Assembly: GCA_964016885.1 (NCBI GenBank)
Contig: OZ024742.1
Span: 293,942,001-294,006,000 of the forward strand
Source of the DNA: Eledone cirrhosa
Lineage: Eukaryota
Direction: 5' to 3'
DNA: 64,000 nucleotides
Shown: positions 37,246 to 51,644 of the stretch, piece by piece
Layout of the letters: each line of letters starts with the position of its first letter
How positions within the stretch are numbered: the stretch's first letter is position 1
Notes under the pieces: generated by a model
What the model saw: only the letters and a program-made list of their open reading frames with translations
The model's database searches: none
What the model was told of the DNA's origin: nothing
Translations under genes and position numbers: made by a program

Positions 37246-37982
37246 TCATCATCATCATCATCTATCTTCCACGCTAGCATGGGTTTAGATGGGAATTGTC
37301 CCACTTGAGGCAAGATTGGTTGGATGACCATGTCTCACTCATATAGGACTGTCTGGCAAGTTTTCTACAGCTGGATGTCCTTCCTAACACCAACCACATT
37401 TACAGTGTGGACTGGGAGGTTTTTACCGTGTTACCTACACGGCCACATTACAGCGTGGACTGTATTTTTTGTTGTGACACCTACACGACTTCATTTATTT
37501 TGGACTGGATGTTGTGGTACCAACATAACTTTACAGAGAAAGGGTCGTGTTGGTGGAAGTGGGAGGGTGGAGTAGGGGTAGTGGGATGGGGTGTATATTT
37601 GGTTAAGAGGTGCCTACTGACTGTAGGTTTTGCTTTGTACATAGACAACGCGGGTCTTCTGAATTACTGTGTGGCGCCAAAGATCTCGGTCTAGTGACAT
37701 TGTCTTAGAGAGGTGTAAGTGTGTAAGGTCGGAATTTATCAGATCACCCCAGGTTTTTCTGGGTCTACCTACTCCATAACTTCCATCAATTTTGATCGCC
37801 CTGCACTTTTTTATACAGCTGTCGTCTTTCATGTGCATCACGTGGCCATACCAATGTAGTCTTCTCTCAAGTAAACAGCATCTGATCCCTCTTATTCCTA
37901 ATTTCTCACTTAGTTCATTTATGCTTTGCCATTCGCGTATATTACTATTACACATCCAACGGAGCATGCATGCTTCGTTCCT
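37246..37982 (-). mobile_element. RTE LINE 3' fragment, same family as 9210-11215
   Basis: ORF 37614-37994 is nearly identical to 10309-10662; same 3' UTR and (gat)n tail. Confidence 0.9.
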
Positions 37983-38235
37983 ACACACACCCATTCACAC
38001 ATTCACACTCATACACACCCATTCACACATACACACCGATGCATCAAATATCTTTATTTATTTATTTATGTTGTTGTTTGTTTGTTTGTTTATTGGTTTT
38101 TCAGTTGCATGACAATTTTGATTGAATAGATCTTTGATCAAAGATATTCCAGCTGTGACTCTCTTGTCTTCCTTTTTTTATATTTGACATATTCTATATA
38201 GGATTATATTATCTAATTATTTCTTCCTATTTTAA

Positions 38236-38519
38236 CCCTTTAGTTACAAACCTGGTCAAAACCGGCTCTGATACTATGAAATTACCCAGTACATTACTGG
38301 TACTTTATTTTATCGACCCCGTAAGGATGAAAGGCAAAGTGAACCTCGGCGGGATTTGAACTCAGACCGTAAAGGGACGTAACTATGCTGGAAAGCATGG
38401 CGTCTGACTCTCTACCATCTTAGTAATAAAATAATGAATAATTTTAGTAAATCCCTCAAAATTCTTCATTAATTAATTAAAATAGAATGTATTTCATGAG
38501 AAATGCAGTCACGAAAGGG
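38236..38519. mobile_element. TTAA MITE (piggyBac-like ends) with a nested Meta-core SINE fragment (38280-38418)
   Basis: ttaa|CCCTTT ... AAAGGG|ttaa. Confidence 0.75.
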
Positions 38520-39292
38520 TTAAGATGGTAGGGTGTGACATGTGAGAAACTTGGCTGCTATTTCTAGCAGACTTCCACTAGTAAAAACTTCATTCTAAAG
38601 AAAGTAGTAGTAGCTAAATGTATTTACTAAATAAGGGAGGTCACTCTAACTTTATAACTTAACATTCAGTACTATTTTGTGAACGGGACATCATCCATGA
38701 TTAGTAAAATCGAGATCTTTCAAAACCATATTATGAGATTCATGACAAACCACAAACTACTCGACCATATAAAAATTGTGGATCTATTAGAAGCTGCTAA
38801 AAATTAGCTCCTAAAATATGCATCATCAAAAGCAAAGTCCTGAAGTTTTTTGTCATGTAAAATGTTCACAAAAGGGTCTTTCTAAAACATGTATGGAACG
38901 TATGATTCAGAACGAAAGAAATAGACATAAGCCAACGAGGTGCTGGCAAGATAATCTCCATAAATGGTCTGGTCTAAATTTATATGAACTAAATGAAGCC
39001 ACACAGAATAAGAAACTTTAGAAGAAACTAAGTTATTATAGTACACAATCTGCCATAAGCTGAGATAGTGAATGATGATAACTATTTAAAGAGTAATGAG
39101 AATAGACAATATAAATGACAAGGAAATATGTGTTCAATTGGAATGTCGTATTTCCTCTTTTGGAATATCATTCTACATACAAGACTATATATATAGAGAG
39201 AAAAATAATAGTGAGGTTTAATGTACATATATATATATATATGGGAATGAGATTGGCTTTGTTTTCTGGATGAATATTGTTATACATTAAAG

Positions 39293-39599
39293 CAGAGGTT
39301 CTCAGACTTTTTGGGCCACCAACCACCTCACGGCCTCATAATACCCTCAGCGCCGCCAACCCCACCCCACCCTATTTCCAGAGAATCCTGCCTAACACAA
39401 ATCGTAAATATATAATAAATAAAATCGCTAATTTAGTTTATATATAATAAATAATATAATATATACTATGTATAAATAAATATTATATATTTTTTTATTT
39501 TACCATATTTATATATATGTATTATTTGATATTTAATATACTATTATATCATCCCTACCACACCCAGGACGTTCTCAACGCCCCCATTGAGAACCTCTG
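39293..39599. mobile_element. hAT MITE, same family as 20420-20596
   Basis: cagaggttctca ... tgagaacctctg; TSD cattaaag / cattagag. Confidence 0.88.
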
Positions 39600-40204
39600 C
39601 ATTAGAGTGATCAACCATCTTACTTACACATATATATATATGTTTTAAGCAGAATTTCTTAAACACACAACCATATCTGTTGCCTGCTTCATTTAGTGAC
39701 AAATAGAAATGTGTATAATGTCAGAGATAAAATAAAAAATAGGAATAAAAAATAATATATAGTTTTCTTGTTAGATCCCCAGGTCAAACCTAATTCAGTG
39801 TGACCATCTCACTTTTTTGTACAGTGTATCTGATTTAGCCTTCCTTTGTGAGTTATTGGAAATCTAACTACTACTTCTCACAGGTCCTTCGTGTAAAGGC
39901 TCTCCTATTGTTGATGTTTAACCCCAGATCAGCTTTAATCAAGCAGATCCATAATCCAGTTGTGACCATCAATTTTTATACCATATTTTTTGTTGATATT
40001 TGATTTTTTTTTTTTTCAAACAATCGCTGACTCGACTACACATCTGTAGTTAAATTATTGTTAATAGATTTAATACAGTGAGCATAAAAAATCTAATTAG
40101 CAATATTTATGTGGTGAGGAAAAGATAACATTAGCTTGATGACATTATTTTAAGCCTTTCATTAAGTACAAGAGACAACTTCAGACATATTTAGTTTTTA
40201 TTAA

Positions 40205-40437
40205 CCCTTTTCATACAAACCAGCCTGAAACTGCCTCTGATTTTATGATACACAACTGCCTGTTTTAAAGTGTTGATATGTAAATTAAAACCTTACAACA
40301 TATTTTTATGTAATAAATGTTTAATATGATCCAAACACCAGCTTAACAATAAATTTAGTTACAAATCTTTGATTATTTTCAAAATTATTTGAAAATTATA
40401 GATAATGTCTTTCATTAAAAATGTTGAAGCAAAAGGG
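40205..40437. mobile_element. TTAA MITE
   Basis: ttaa|CCCTTTT ... AAAAGGG|ttaa. Confidence 0.75.
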
Positions 40438-40670
40438 TTAAAGCTTCTTAGCTATACATTAACTTCACTGTAGTTGTCTAAGTAGAGATGAGACACAATG
40501 CAGATAAATACATGACTGGCTGTAAAAAAAAATATCATAGCATAGGGAAGATAACTCTGTTGAGAACATTAATGGGAGAATGAAAACGAGCCTATATGCA
40601 GTCGATCAAGTTGTTAGAAATAGCAGTCAAGTCTATTTATAAACATACCGTTGCCTTAAAAGAGATACAA

Positions 40671-40925
40671 TCATCATCATCACTGTTCAACGTCCATTTT
40701 TCTATGCTAGCATGGGTTAGACAAGTTGTCCTGTTGTGAGAAATGCCAGGTCAGTTGACCATGAGTTGCTCCTACAGAACTGATTTTGGCTTGGTTTCTA
40801 TGGCTGGATGCCCTTTCTAACGCCAATCACATTTACAGTGAGTACTGGGTGATTTTTGTTGTGACACCTACACGACCTCTTTACAGTGTGGGCTGGGTGC
40901 TTTTTGTTGTGACACCAACAGAACC
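40671..40925 (-). mobile_element. RTE-tailed SINE
   Basis: Same tail and ggctggatgccct motif as the other copies. Confidence 0.7.
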
Positions 40926-42319
40926 CCATTAGTGTGAGATAATGATAATGTAGTCTTAGTTATTATACCTTAAAAAAGACATGACAATCAAGGATTAAAC
41001 ACATTTCATGACAGGTCTGCTCAACCAATGCTGAATTGAGGCTAAACATCAGAAACTGTTGGTGTCTACTTCAGCAGTCATATGATTCATTTGAGACATA
41101 ATCATTCCCTCTTTTTATATATCTTGGACTACGTTATATAAGAGGCACCTCTAGTAGTCATCTGACCAGCTAGAAATAGCAGCCAAAACTTCCTGTGCTC
41201 TTTAAAAAAAAATAGAAGATACCACAACTATGTAGTTTTGAATGATAGAAACTCTCTCCAATTAATGTTTGTCAACAGAGTTACTTCCCATATGGATCTT
41301 CATCAGTTTCGACGATGAGTGTTTCAGTTGTTCAGCCAACTCTCAAGTCCCAAATAATAAAGGATGGAGATTAGAATAAGTGTGGGGGGGGGGAGTTAAA
41401 AAATCGGTAGTTTCTGTAGGTTGTCTCCGTTGACATTAAAAAAAAAAAACAGAATTAGTTGTTTAGTTTACATATTGCAACCCCCAACCCATCCTATTTA
41501 TTTTATAACATATGGGATTTACAGTAATGTACTTTTTTGTCATGTATAAAAAAAAATGAATTGTCGCAGGAATGCTACCACTTAAAATAAAATTTCACTG
41601 GAGACAGATTAGCAAAGTTTAATAAGCAGGGAGGTAGGAGAGAATCTGAAAAATGAATAAGCGGTGGTGGTGGCAGGGACGATTGTTTGAGGTACTTGTT
41701 AAATTAACGTGTAATTGGCCAAGTTCCACTTTCTGCTTTATCCATGGCAAATCTCTGAAGCCAGATGCTTCTCCAGCTACCAACCCATACTTTTAGGTAT
41801 GGTAAATGTTCACCAACTTAACGTATACAAACACACATACATACACAGACACAAACATACATAAAACCAAAGAACAGGCTTCCACTACCAATTTCATTCA
41901 CAAGGCATTGATCAATCAAAGGCTATAGATGTTTGCCCAGAGAAGTAGAGCATTCCACATAATTGTGTGCCCTTAACATAATCCTCAAAGAGACTCAGCA
42001 TAACAAAGCTGTACCTTTGAATTACAGCTACCATCCATTCAATGAGCTTCAATAGTTTACATCTACCTAATCTCACTCACAAGGTTTTTGTCGACCCAAG
42101 GCTATGTATAGTAAAAAAGACACTTTCTCAAAGCTAGGACTTCTTGATTGTAAAACAAACTTCTTAACCATACAGTCATACTGCATACGTCCATCTGTAA
42201 TTAAGCTGTTATAAATTAAAGAAAAACTTAACATTTTATAACAGAAATCACACCAGTTTTATGTTCTTCTAGTTACATAACTTAATAAATGAGAAAATTA
42301 AATTAAAACACACTACAGA

Positions 42320-43080
42320 ACCAAAGATGCCATCTGAGCAAAGAAGGAAGCCTACAAAGGTTGGCTTGGAAATAAGTCCTCCTTCTTAGACAAGCAGGCA
42401 CAAAGTCACAGCAGAGACAATAAAGACATGGGAGGAATTTGGAGTTAAACTGGAATCCGACTTCAAATCAGCAAATGAAGTGTTCTGGCACACCATCCAC
42501 CGACTTTGTAATAAGAAGTCCTCCTTCACACCTGTTATCAGGAACGTATCTAAAATTTTCTTTTCTTCATGTGCATTCTTGCAAGGTGGAGAGAACTCTT
42601 TGCTGATCTTCTAAACCAGATCACAACAGCATCATCTGATGTACACGAGGTGCATTGGGGAACACTTGATTAATTTCTTGGAGGCTGAGGTCAGAAGAGT
42701 AGTTAAAGCACTCAAATATGGCAAGGCCACTGGATAAGATGAAATTTGGCCTGAGATGTTAAAAGCCTTAAATAGAGATGGTATTCTCTGGCTGATTCGT
42801 GACCTTGATCTCTGGAAAGGCACCTAAGCAATGGCAATCGTGAGTGATAATCCTAATTTTAGAAAAGAGAGGCAAGAGAAATTGCTCCAATTATAGAGAG
42901 ATCTCCTTGTTAAGCCTCCTTGGTATATTCTATGCTAAGTGTCTGGCAAAGAGATCTAGTGATATTGTCAAGTTCAAGCTAGCTAATGAACAGTGAGGTT
43001 TTCGCCCTGGACTCAGAACAGCCGATCAAATATTCATATTAAGAAATGGTGGGAGTACTGCCAATAAGTGTAGACATGCT
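42320..43080 (+). mobile_element. Decayed RTE (Expander-like) LINE fragment
   Basis: Translates with stops as EVRRVVKALKYGKATG*DEIWPEMLKAL, NYREISLLSL, GFRPG..TADQIF. Confidence 0.7.
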
Positions 43081-43332
43081 TTACTGTAGAGTTAAATACA
43101 CAAATGAATATATAAATAAATTGATATTTCTTTCAAATGAATAAAAAAAAATGTTTAAATAGGTTGATAATTTAATTTAATGTTTTTTTGATTAATAAAA
43201 TATGATCTGATATTTCATAATGAAGTGTTTGAAATTGAAAAAAAAATTCAGTTAAAAAATGTACTAAGAAAGAATATGATGTAATGACATAGTTTTGTAG
43301 TGTGTTGTTTAAATAGCAACAGTTGCTATAGT

Positions 43333-43607
43333 TTAACTAACTAAACCAAGGAAATCATCCATTAATGTGCCAATAGCAAATATATCCTTGGCATCTACTC
43401 TCGTACCAACAATTTTGATACGTATTTCATCATCTGGTTGTATAACGACATCTTCATCTTTGGTTTTGTAACAGGGGGGCATTGATTTAGAGTCAAATTC
43501 CATGTCAGCAGGAATAGAGTGTCGAGAGACAAAACAAGACAAAGGTCCGATATCTGTGAATAAACCAACTTTGTTGACTTGAGTCACAACTGCATCAAAT
43601 ACCTCTC
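43333..43607 (-). CDS. POLR2G: RNA polymerase II subunit RPB7, exon 2
   Basis: AG acceptor at 43609-43608; [32 protein letters not shown]...[16 protein letters not shown]. 244 + 275 nt gives 172 aa plus stop. Confidence 0.97.
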
Positions 43608-43962
43608 CTAAATTAGATGGGAGAAAAAAGAAAAAAATAGTTTAGTTACTAAATAAAATAAATTAGTATAGTTTATATGGAACTTTGGAAAATATGTAAT
43701 TAGGATTTTTTTGGAAAAGCTAGTAAAATGCAAGTTAGAAATACTGGAGTGAAAACTAAAACAAAGTACACAAAAGAAGTTTACACTTTTAACTTAAATT
43801 TCATATTTCAGGGTTAGGATACCTTTTTGAAAATAAAATGGAGTGTGACAGTAGTAACAAGCTATGTTTTTAAAAGTTTAGTATTAATATATTCTGAAGT
43901 TATTAACATTCTGAATACCTTTGTCATTCTTTGAATTAGATAAACAATAAATAGTTGTTTAA

Positions 43963-44148
43963 CCCTTTAACATTTAAACCGAGCGTATCCGGCCAGAATT
44001 CTCTCACCTCTTTCTATTCAAACTGGCTGCTTATAAGGTATTGTTCTCAAAATTAATATCAAAATCTCATAGATTCGATATTATGTGAAATAAAGTGTTT
44101 ACCATGAAAATACAATAGGAACTATAGAGTAATGTAAATATTAAAGGG
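43963..44148. mobile_element. TTAA MITE
   Basis: ttaa|ccctttaacattta ... taaatattaaaggg; related to 52753-52970 and 61057-61253. Confidence 0.7.
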
Positions 44149-44449
44149 TAACCACATGCCACCAAATATAATACTAGCTGCAGTTTGACCAAGTGAAAAT
44201 GAACCACTGTGTTTAATTATTACCCTTTTCTTATTCTATTTCTAATCAAAGATATTGCTTATGATTTCCTATTAATTTTGAAAATTATAAAAAATTATAA
44301 TATAACTTTCTCATGACAAAAATTTCTTCCATAAAATTATGATAGAAGTTTAAATTTTTAATATGAACAGCAAGAGCAAGCATTTTAAGAGTATTTTCCC
44401 TTTCTAAAACAGGGGCTAACGGCTTGAATCCCATGAAAGACTTTATACC

Positions 44450-44700
44450 CAAATGACGTCCTAAAATACCTGGAACGATGAAACAACTATTTTTTCAGCC
44501 TGTGGCATTCAAGACGTTTGGTGGAGCTGGGCCGCTGACAGCAAAGTTCCTATCGTTAGCGGCTCGCCTTACCAATCTTTCAGGTGATACTCGTGAAGGT
44601 ACTTGGTTGTTTCAGCGCCTTACCCTCAGCATCATCCGCGGTAATGCTGCGCGCGTGTTGGCTAGCTTCAAAATTTTCCGACGAACCATGTGGTGTGGGG
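44450..44700 (+). mobile_element. CRE-clade LINE 3' remnant
   Basis: FQPVAFKTFGGAG..WLFQRLTLSIIRGNAA. Confidence 0.75.
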
Positions 44701-44932
44701 TACGCCCGATTGTTGCATTTGGTGGGGGAATTGATGGTTGTTTTTGTTTGTTTTGGTTTTTTTTCCTTTCCTTTTCTTTTTTTCTTGCTTTGATCACATA
44801 TTTTTGTGCCTTATATTCATGAAGTTCTTTTTGAAGCAATGTTTTACAACCAAATGCCTTTCCTGGTGCCAAATATATTGGGTATATTTACAGTGTTTTT
44901 CTGTAAAGTTTTGAGCTTTCATTACAAATAAT

Positions 44933-45116
44933 TGTTTCTACTTTAGGCACAAGGCCAGCAATTACCCAGTGCATTACTGGCACTTTATTTTATCGACCCC
45001 GTAAGGATGAAAGGCAAAGTCAACCTCGGCGGGATTTGAACTCAGATCGTAAAGGGACGTAACTATGCTGGAAAGCATGGCGTCCGACACTCTACCGATA
45101 CTGCCAATCCACCGCC
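44933..45116 (-). mobile_element. Full-length Meta-core tRNA SINE with TSD
   Basis: Near-identical to 7200-7381; TSD ctttcattacaaataat on both sides. A variant copy follows at ~45137-45296. Confidence 0.9.
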
Positions 45117-45320
45117 CTTTCATTACAAATAATGGCTTCTGATTTAGGCACGAGGACAATAATTTGGGGGAAGAGGAAAGTCGATTAAATCGACCCCAGT
45201 GGATTACTGGTACTTTATTTTATCGACCCCCGTAAGGATGAATATCAAAACTAACCTCGGCAAGATTTGAACTCAGAATGTAAAGGGACGTAACTATATG
45301 CCGATATATATATATATATA

Positions 45321-46000
45321 TCATCATTTTACATCCGCTTTTCCCTGCTTGCAAGCGTAGGACGGGTCTTATTCAGCACAGCATTTCTCCACTCGTCACG
45401 GTCCTTCCTCATCTCCACCGTGAGCTTCAGCGATCTGAGGTCTGTTCTCACCACCTCCGCCCATGTTTTTCGTGGTCTACCTCTACCACGTCTTCTTTCA
45501 ACTGGCATTTCCTGGCACTTCTTCACCCATCGGTCATCCTCCATGCGCATCACATGTCCATACCACCTCAGTCTCCTCTCCCGTACACTACATTCTATCC
45601 CTCTCAGACACAGTTTCTCTCTCAACACATTTATGCTGGGTCGTTCACGCACATTGACATTGCACATCCAACGGAGCATGCTTGCCTCATTTCTCTCCAG
45701 CCGTCGCATATCCTCTGCAGTTGCTGCTCATGTCTCACTACCATGCAGCATCGCACTCCTCACACAGGCATCATATAACCGGCCTTTCGTACGCAGGGAG
45801 AAACCCTTCTTCGTCAGCAGCTCCCTAAACCTCTTCCAACCCGTCGTTATTCTAGATACTATGGCCTCGGAACACATGCTAATCTGATCTCCTAGGTACC
45901 GGAAGCTATCCACCACTTCTATAGCACCCGCCTGCATTTGAAAAATGTGTCTATCAATGCGACTTCTACTGTCTAATTTACCTGTACATCTACTGCATAC
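45321..46000 (-). mobile_element. RTE LINE 3' fragment (short-UTR subfamily)
   Basis: ORFs 45728-45937 and 45329-45709 (RRLRWYGHVMRM, GRGRPRKTW); the ORF runs straight into the tail. Confidence 0.9.
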
Positions 46001-46577
46001 GTATCAGGATAGAATCAGTTTGAAACTGGTTAAACCATTACTCAACTTACTTGATACCTGGGGTAGTATGACTATATTATAAGGAGTCGGGACCCGACGG
46101 CTGAACTCTTGCCATTTCAAAAGCTAGTTCCAGACTATTTGAAATAGTATAGTCATGAACTACCCTGTGATAAACAAGCGAAACTCCAGATTGACAACTC
46201 ACTATTCATCCTTAATACTCTGGTATTGAGTACTTTCTCTCAGTCGTCCAGCAACACGGATATATATATATCCGAAAAGATGAAAAGCAAAGTTGATCTC
46301 GGTGGGATTGGAACTGGAACTAAGTGCAGTGAGTCGGGAAAATACTGAGACATTTAATTCAACGCCTTAACAACTCTGCCAATTTACCTCCTAAGAGCAC
46401 GAAATAAAACGAAAATATCCCCTCAGATTCGCCGGATCCATTGCGTATTTTAGGGTTAGGGTTTGAATGCCCTTGTTGTGGATGTACAGTGAATATATAT
46501 GTGAGTAAAGCAGGCAAAATGAATATAGCGTATACGGTGATACAACTTAAATAATATTGAATATATTAATAAAGTAC

Positions 46578-46821
46578 CTTTAAATGGTCTGAAGACGATC
46601 GCTTTATATTTGACAGGATAAACAACAAACCCTCGACTGGGCTGAATCAGACCGGCACCAATGTTATCAATAGAAGTTACAGCAATTACAAATCCATATT
46701 TCCCAGTACAGGTGCCTTCAACTTCCGTAAATAATTTCTTGCGTACGATATTTAATAGATTGGGGCCAAAGTATCGTGGATGAAGTAGAATTTCGTGTTC
46801 TAATGACACGTGGTAAAACAT
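46578..46821 (-). CDS. POLR2G: RNA polymerase II subunit RPB7, exon 1
   Basis: [22 protein letters not shown]...KAIVFRPFK, then G|GTACTT phase-1 donor at 46577. Confidence 0.97.
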
Positions 46822-47658
46822 TTCTAGAAATTAGTTGATAAATAGTCAACACCAAAACTGAAACAACCTCAACTTCTCGCTGAGATAAAACTATGCTTTC
46901 TACGTCACGACAATTGCGTACTGACTGTTGCTTAGGGTATTATTTTAGTATTAATACGTTAATTAAATGTTATATTGTGTATAGTGTAGTATTTAATTTG
47001 AGATTCTGTGTTTAGTTTCAGATTCATTATTATACTTTCGTTCTATTACTGTGTTTTGTAATTTTTTAATACGAAACTAATGCACTAAATATATATTTGA
47101 CGTATTAATAAAGGTTATAATTAAGACATTGGATTACAACGCAATAGTGAAAAAATAGAATGACGTTAGAATGTCAGATAAAATGCTTGGTATTTATTCC
47201 AGGTGTCTACACACTGATTGAAATCTCGCTTAGGTCGACTTTTGCTTTTCACCCTTTCGTTATCGATTTTTAAAAAGTAACAGTCGATTCTCTCTCTCTC
47301 TCTTCCCACACATACACGCACTATATATATATATATATATAATATCGGCGCTATGGTTGTAGTTCCGAGTTCAATCTCAATGGATGGCTCATGGGGTAAA
47401 AGTGTCTGTCACTATCCTACCAAAATAAAATTGCTGAAGAAATTGTTTGTCTGTAGCTTGTCACTATTTTGAGTCCTCAGATAGGTAATAAAATTGTCCA
47501 GCCTTCTCCAAAAAAGGCTGAAAAAGAATAACAATAATTAATGTTATTCGCAGTGTAAGCAGACCAGTGGTCAGATTAAATGATTTAAATAATAAACAAA
47601 ATGAAAATTTTTCACTTTTTTATTTACAAATATCAAGACAGGTCGGAAAAAAAAACTG

Positions 47659-47731
47659 CGACCACGACGAGACTCGAACTCGCAATCTTCTGATTCGAAG
47701 TCAGACGCCTTATCCATTAGGCCACGCGGCC
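47659..47731 (-). tRNA. tRNA-Arg (TCG)
   Basis: GGCCGCGTGGCCTAATGGATAAGGCGTCTGACTTCGAATCAGAAGATTGCGAGTTCGAGTCTCGTCGTGGTCG, 73 nt, full cloverleaf; T9 Pol III terminator 3 nt downstream. Confidence 0.96.
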
Positions 47732-49554
47732 ATCCTGCCAGAGACATCTAAAATTATTATTAATATATTATACAAAACCAATTTCTTTTTTTTTGCTCTA
47801 GTTTCTAATTTTTTTAAATTTTTTATTGCGTTTTATAAGTCATAGAGATTGTAGCTAAACTATATAATCATCTAAACTATATAATCATCTTACTAGTATC
47901 CAATCCTGACCTAGATGGATTTTCGTTCTGTCCTTAAAAGAATTTCGGTAGCGGATTATCAAATGTTATTAAGCATTTCTAAATATTATTTAAAATGTAA
48001 ATAAATTGTAATGTTTTAGTAAATAAATTTATATTTACTATTATTAATTCACTTTTTTTCTTTCTGAAATAATTCGATAAATTTCTCTAGCCTTTGGTAG
48101 TTTTGCGAGATTCTGACGAGATCTCATTTTTTAAACGAAAATACGAACATGAGATAAATATTTCCTTTCTTTTTTTTAAATAAATTTACTTAATTAAAAT
48201 ATTAGATAATGTTTTGCTCTTTCACGTACACACACGCGTGTATGTAAATATATATATATATATATATATATTCAGGTTTATGTTTTCAGTTCTCCCGTTT
48301 GTAAACCCAAACAAGCTTACCTAATGCTGGCGTAAAGTAACGAACTCGAATCCCATGAATTTTTTTAAAATGGAAGGCTATCAGAGATATAATCGAGATT
48401 GTAAATATTTTCACAATGGAAATGCAAAAAAAAAAAGTAGAATCTTATTTTACGCTACAAGAAGTTCTCTTGTTGATGTCTCTGATCGTTCTTGTTCTTT
48501 ATTAATCGCTGTATTCTACCAGGCACACCCATCTCCGATGGTTGGACTTCACATATGGGATAAGGAGAATGAGATTAAATATGCCTTACAGAATCCAACG
48601 ATTAATAATGGATTGCATTATTTCCCCAGAACGATCAACGAGACATTTTCAACTTTCACTTTTTGTGATGAAGAATATTTAATTCGAATAGGCTATGTAG
48701 ACGGTAAACCCTAAAGGGACGCAACACACATCGCTATAGCGTTTCACCAGCCCCTTCTATTGTATGTATCTGTTTATGTATTTCCGTGTAGATCTCTCTC
48801 GACGCTAAACTCCGTCAGTTGCAGACTGTGCATCAACATGAGAGATTTTTCCCCACTAAGTTCGATTACCAACGGCAGAGTTTAAAGAGCAATGGTCAAA
48901 TTCAGTCCATAAGTTGACATTATCAAGCCGTCTTTTTGGCTGCCGACCTCTACCTCTTCTACCAGCCAACTTTCCTTCTAGGCATAACCTACTCACACCA
49001 CGAGTTGATCTTTTGATATGACCGTACAGTTTAAGCACTCTTGACCTAACAACTAATGTGTGTATGTAACTAAAGTATAACGTACGTTGCGAATGGACGA
49101 CTAAATTTGTTAACAATTGATGGTGGAAAAGATTTCAAATTGTCTTAACTCTGGCCGTAACTCATGGTGTATGACACTCTTACTGGCTACATAGCCTCTT
49201 TCAATATAATTCAACCAAAACAAGTGCAGGCATGGCTATGTGGTTATAGGAGTAACAACGGACACAAACTCCACATAGTAAATGATAAAATGAAATATAT
49301 TTATAGATTTTAATAGCTAACGTTATGAAATGCAATTTACTTGATAAAGAATAAACTAAAACTTTATAAACATTAACATTCATCTTAGATTAGAAAAATA
49401 AGGCATTAAGAAGAGTGTTTGGAATGTTTTCTTCTTTCTTTTGTAAGATTAATTGGCCCAGCTAGTGTGTATGGTAAAAACAGTTGTTAATCCTTCATCT
49501 AAAATTTGAAAATCTCCAAAATACAAAAATATTTTCAAAGAAAGAAGCACCACA

Positions 49555-51330
49555 CCACCATTATCATCACTGTTTTATGTCCACTTTTCAATTCTTACAT
49601 TGGTTTGACAGGTCTTTTTCACCCCCAACATCCTTCCACTCATGCAATCCTTCATCATCTCAGTGATTTGAGATCAGCTCTCATAACCTCTACCCACTCC
49701 TTCTTTAGTCTCCTACTTCAGCTTCCCTCCACTGGTATTTCTTGGCACTTCTTCACCTAACGGTCATCATCCATATGCACCACATATCCATACCAGTGTA
49801 GTCTCTCTCCTCCATACTTGCATCTGATTCTTCTTATATCAGCTCATCCATGCTTTATAACATTGCACATCCATTTGTGAATGCTTATTTCACTTCTCTC
49901 CAGCCTTAACATATCCTCTGCATCCACTGCCCATGTCTCACTACCATCCAACATCACACAGTCAACCTTTCATTCATAGAGAGAAACCTTTTGTTGTCAA
50001 CAGAGGTAATAGCTCCCTGAACTTTTTCCATCCTCTTCATATACCAGTTACTATGTTCTCCATTGCCAATTAAATCACGTATGTAAAAGATTTCAACTAC
50101 TTCTATGGATTCTATAGGAAATCGTTTATTTCCCTGATGCACTTACTACCAACTATTCTACCACATACAAAGTCTAGCTTTTCAGTTAGTCTGCCTGCTA
50201 TCCTACTACACCTCTTGTGTACCCAAGATTTACATTGTGTATAACATATATTGTTTCTCCCTATTCCTTTTCTACATATTAAGGTCACTGTCTTCTTTCC
50301 TACTTACTAAAACTTCGATTTTTCCTTAGTTGAGTCTAATATCTTTTAATTCTAAGTTGTTTCTACAACCACAATTCTTCCACTGATTTAGCTATAAAAA
50401 CCAGGTTGTTGGCATGCAGAAGTTCCCATGGATTGCCAGTCTTAAACTTTTCTGTTCTGGCCTGGGGAATTATAATAATCAGGAGTGGGCTGAAGACTGA
50501 GCCCTGAAGAACACCTACCTCTACCCTGAATTCCTCATTAAACTTATTACCTATTCTCACTTTACTAACAGCTCCTCTGTACATGACATCGACTGTTCTC
50601 ACAAGCAACTCATCTACCCCCAATTTCCTTAAGATCCACCAGATAACAGATTATGGTCCTCTGTCAAAGGCTTTCTCTAGATCAACAAAAGCTGGATATA
50701 GTGGCTTACACTTAGCTAGGAACTTCTATTGTAGTTGTCTCACTAAGAGAGTATTTGTAGTGCTCCTTCCTTATACAAAACTAAATTGCCTCTCATCTAA
50801 TTTTACTTTTCCCTAAATGGTTGTGCTTAAAGTCTTTCTGTCACTTTCATAATTTAGTCCATCAGTTTTATGCCTCTTTAGTTACAACTTTCTACAGCAT
50901 CACCTTTCCCTTTAATGAGTACACTGTTATGCCAGTCATTGGATATGAAACTATCACTTACTTCATCAGGTGAATCCACATCTCAGTGATTATATCTAAA
51001 AGAACTGTGGCTTCAACCTTTTTCATCTCTTTTCCTCCCATTCATTCTTCATATTCATTAATCTTTCATAACAGAATTTACAGTCCTCTTTCTTTTGAGC
51101 ATCACTAATGCCATTGATGTCATTTTGAACATCGATTTACTCATATACACTGTTTGCTATGCAGAACACCTCACATCTCTGATCCTTAAGTCGCAGAATA
51201 TAGGCCAACTTCCTGCTTTCAGCTCCTTTGTATGCTATGCATACATGTCATCTAGGTTCTCTTTTGGCGACCAAGTACTGACTGATCTTTGCTCCCCAGT
51301 TTTCCTAGTTTTTCCATGCCTGTCTCTTGG
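49555..51330 (-). mobile_element. Old, heavily decayed RTE LINE
   Basis: VGVLQGSVFSPLL..FKTGNPWELLHANN, collinear with the 9210-10660 copy. Confidence 0.8.
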
Positions 51331-51644
51331 CTTTAACAGCTCTATCTATACATTAAAACAAGTATTTTTCTCTTCATATAATCAGAGACAACTTTAAGTG
51401 GGTTGGTATTAAAAGAGCCTCAGTGTTGTTACAGCTCACATCTACACAGCTTTAGCTGGCCTCTTACCAGGTTGCATCTCATAAGAAGTTTTTCAGATAG
51501 TTTAATTTATAAGGTCCCCAGACCTATCATGAAAAGCAACGTGCAGAACACATCTGATCCTGGTATCAAACCCACAACTGTATAATTGGGAATTCAACAT
51601 GTTAACCACTGAGCCCCACACCTTCATTGATGATTATAATACAA

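Noticed and set aside
48355-48714. 119-aa ORF as a host gene; likewise 56687-57037
   Set aside because: No recognisable motif or splice context.
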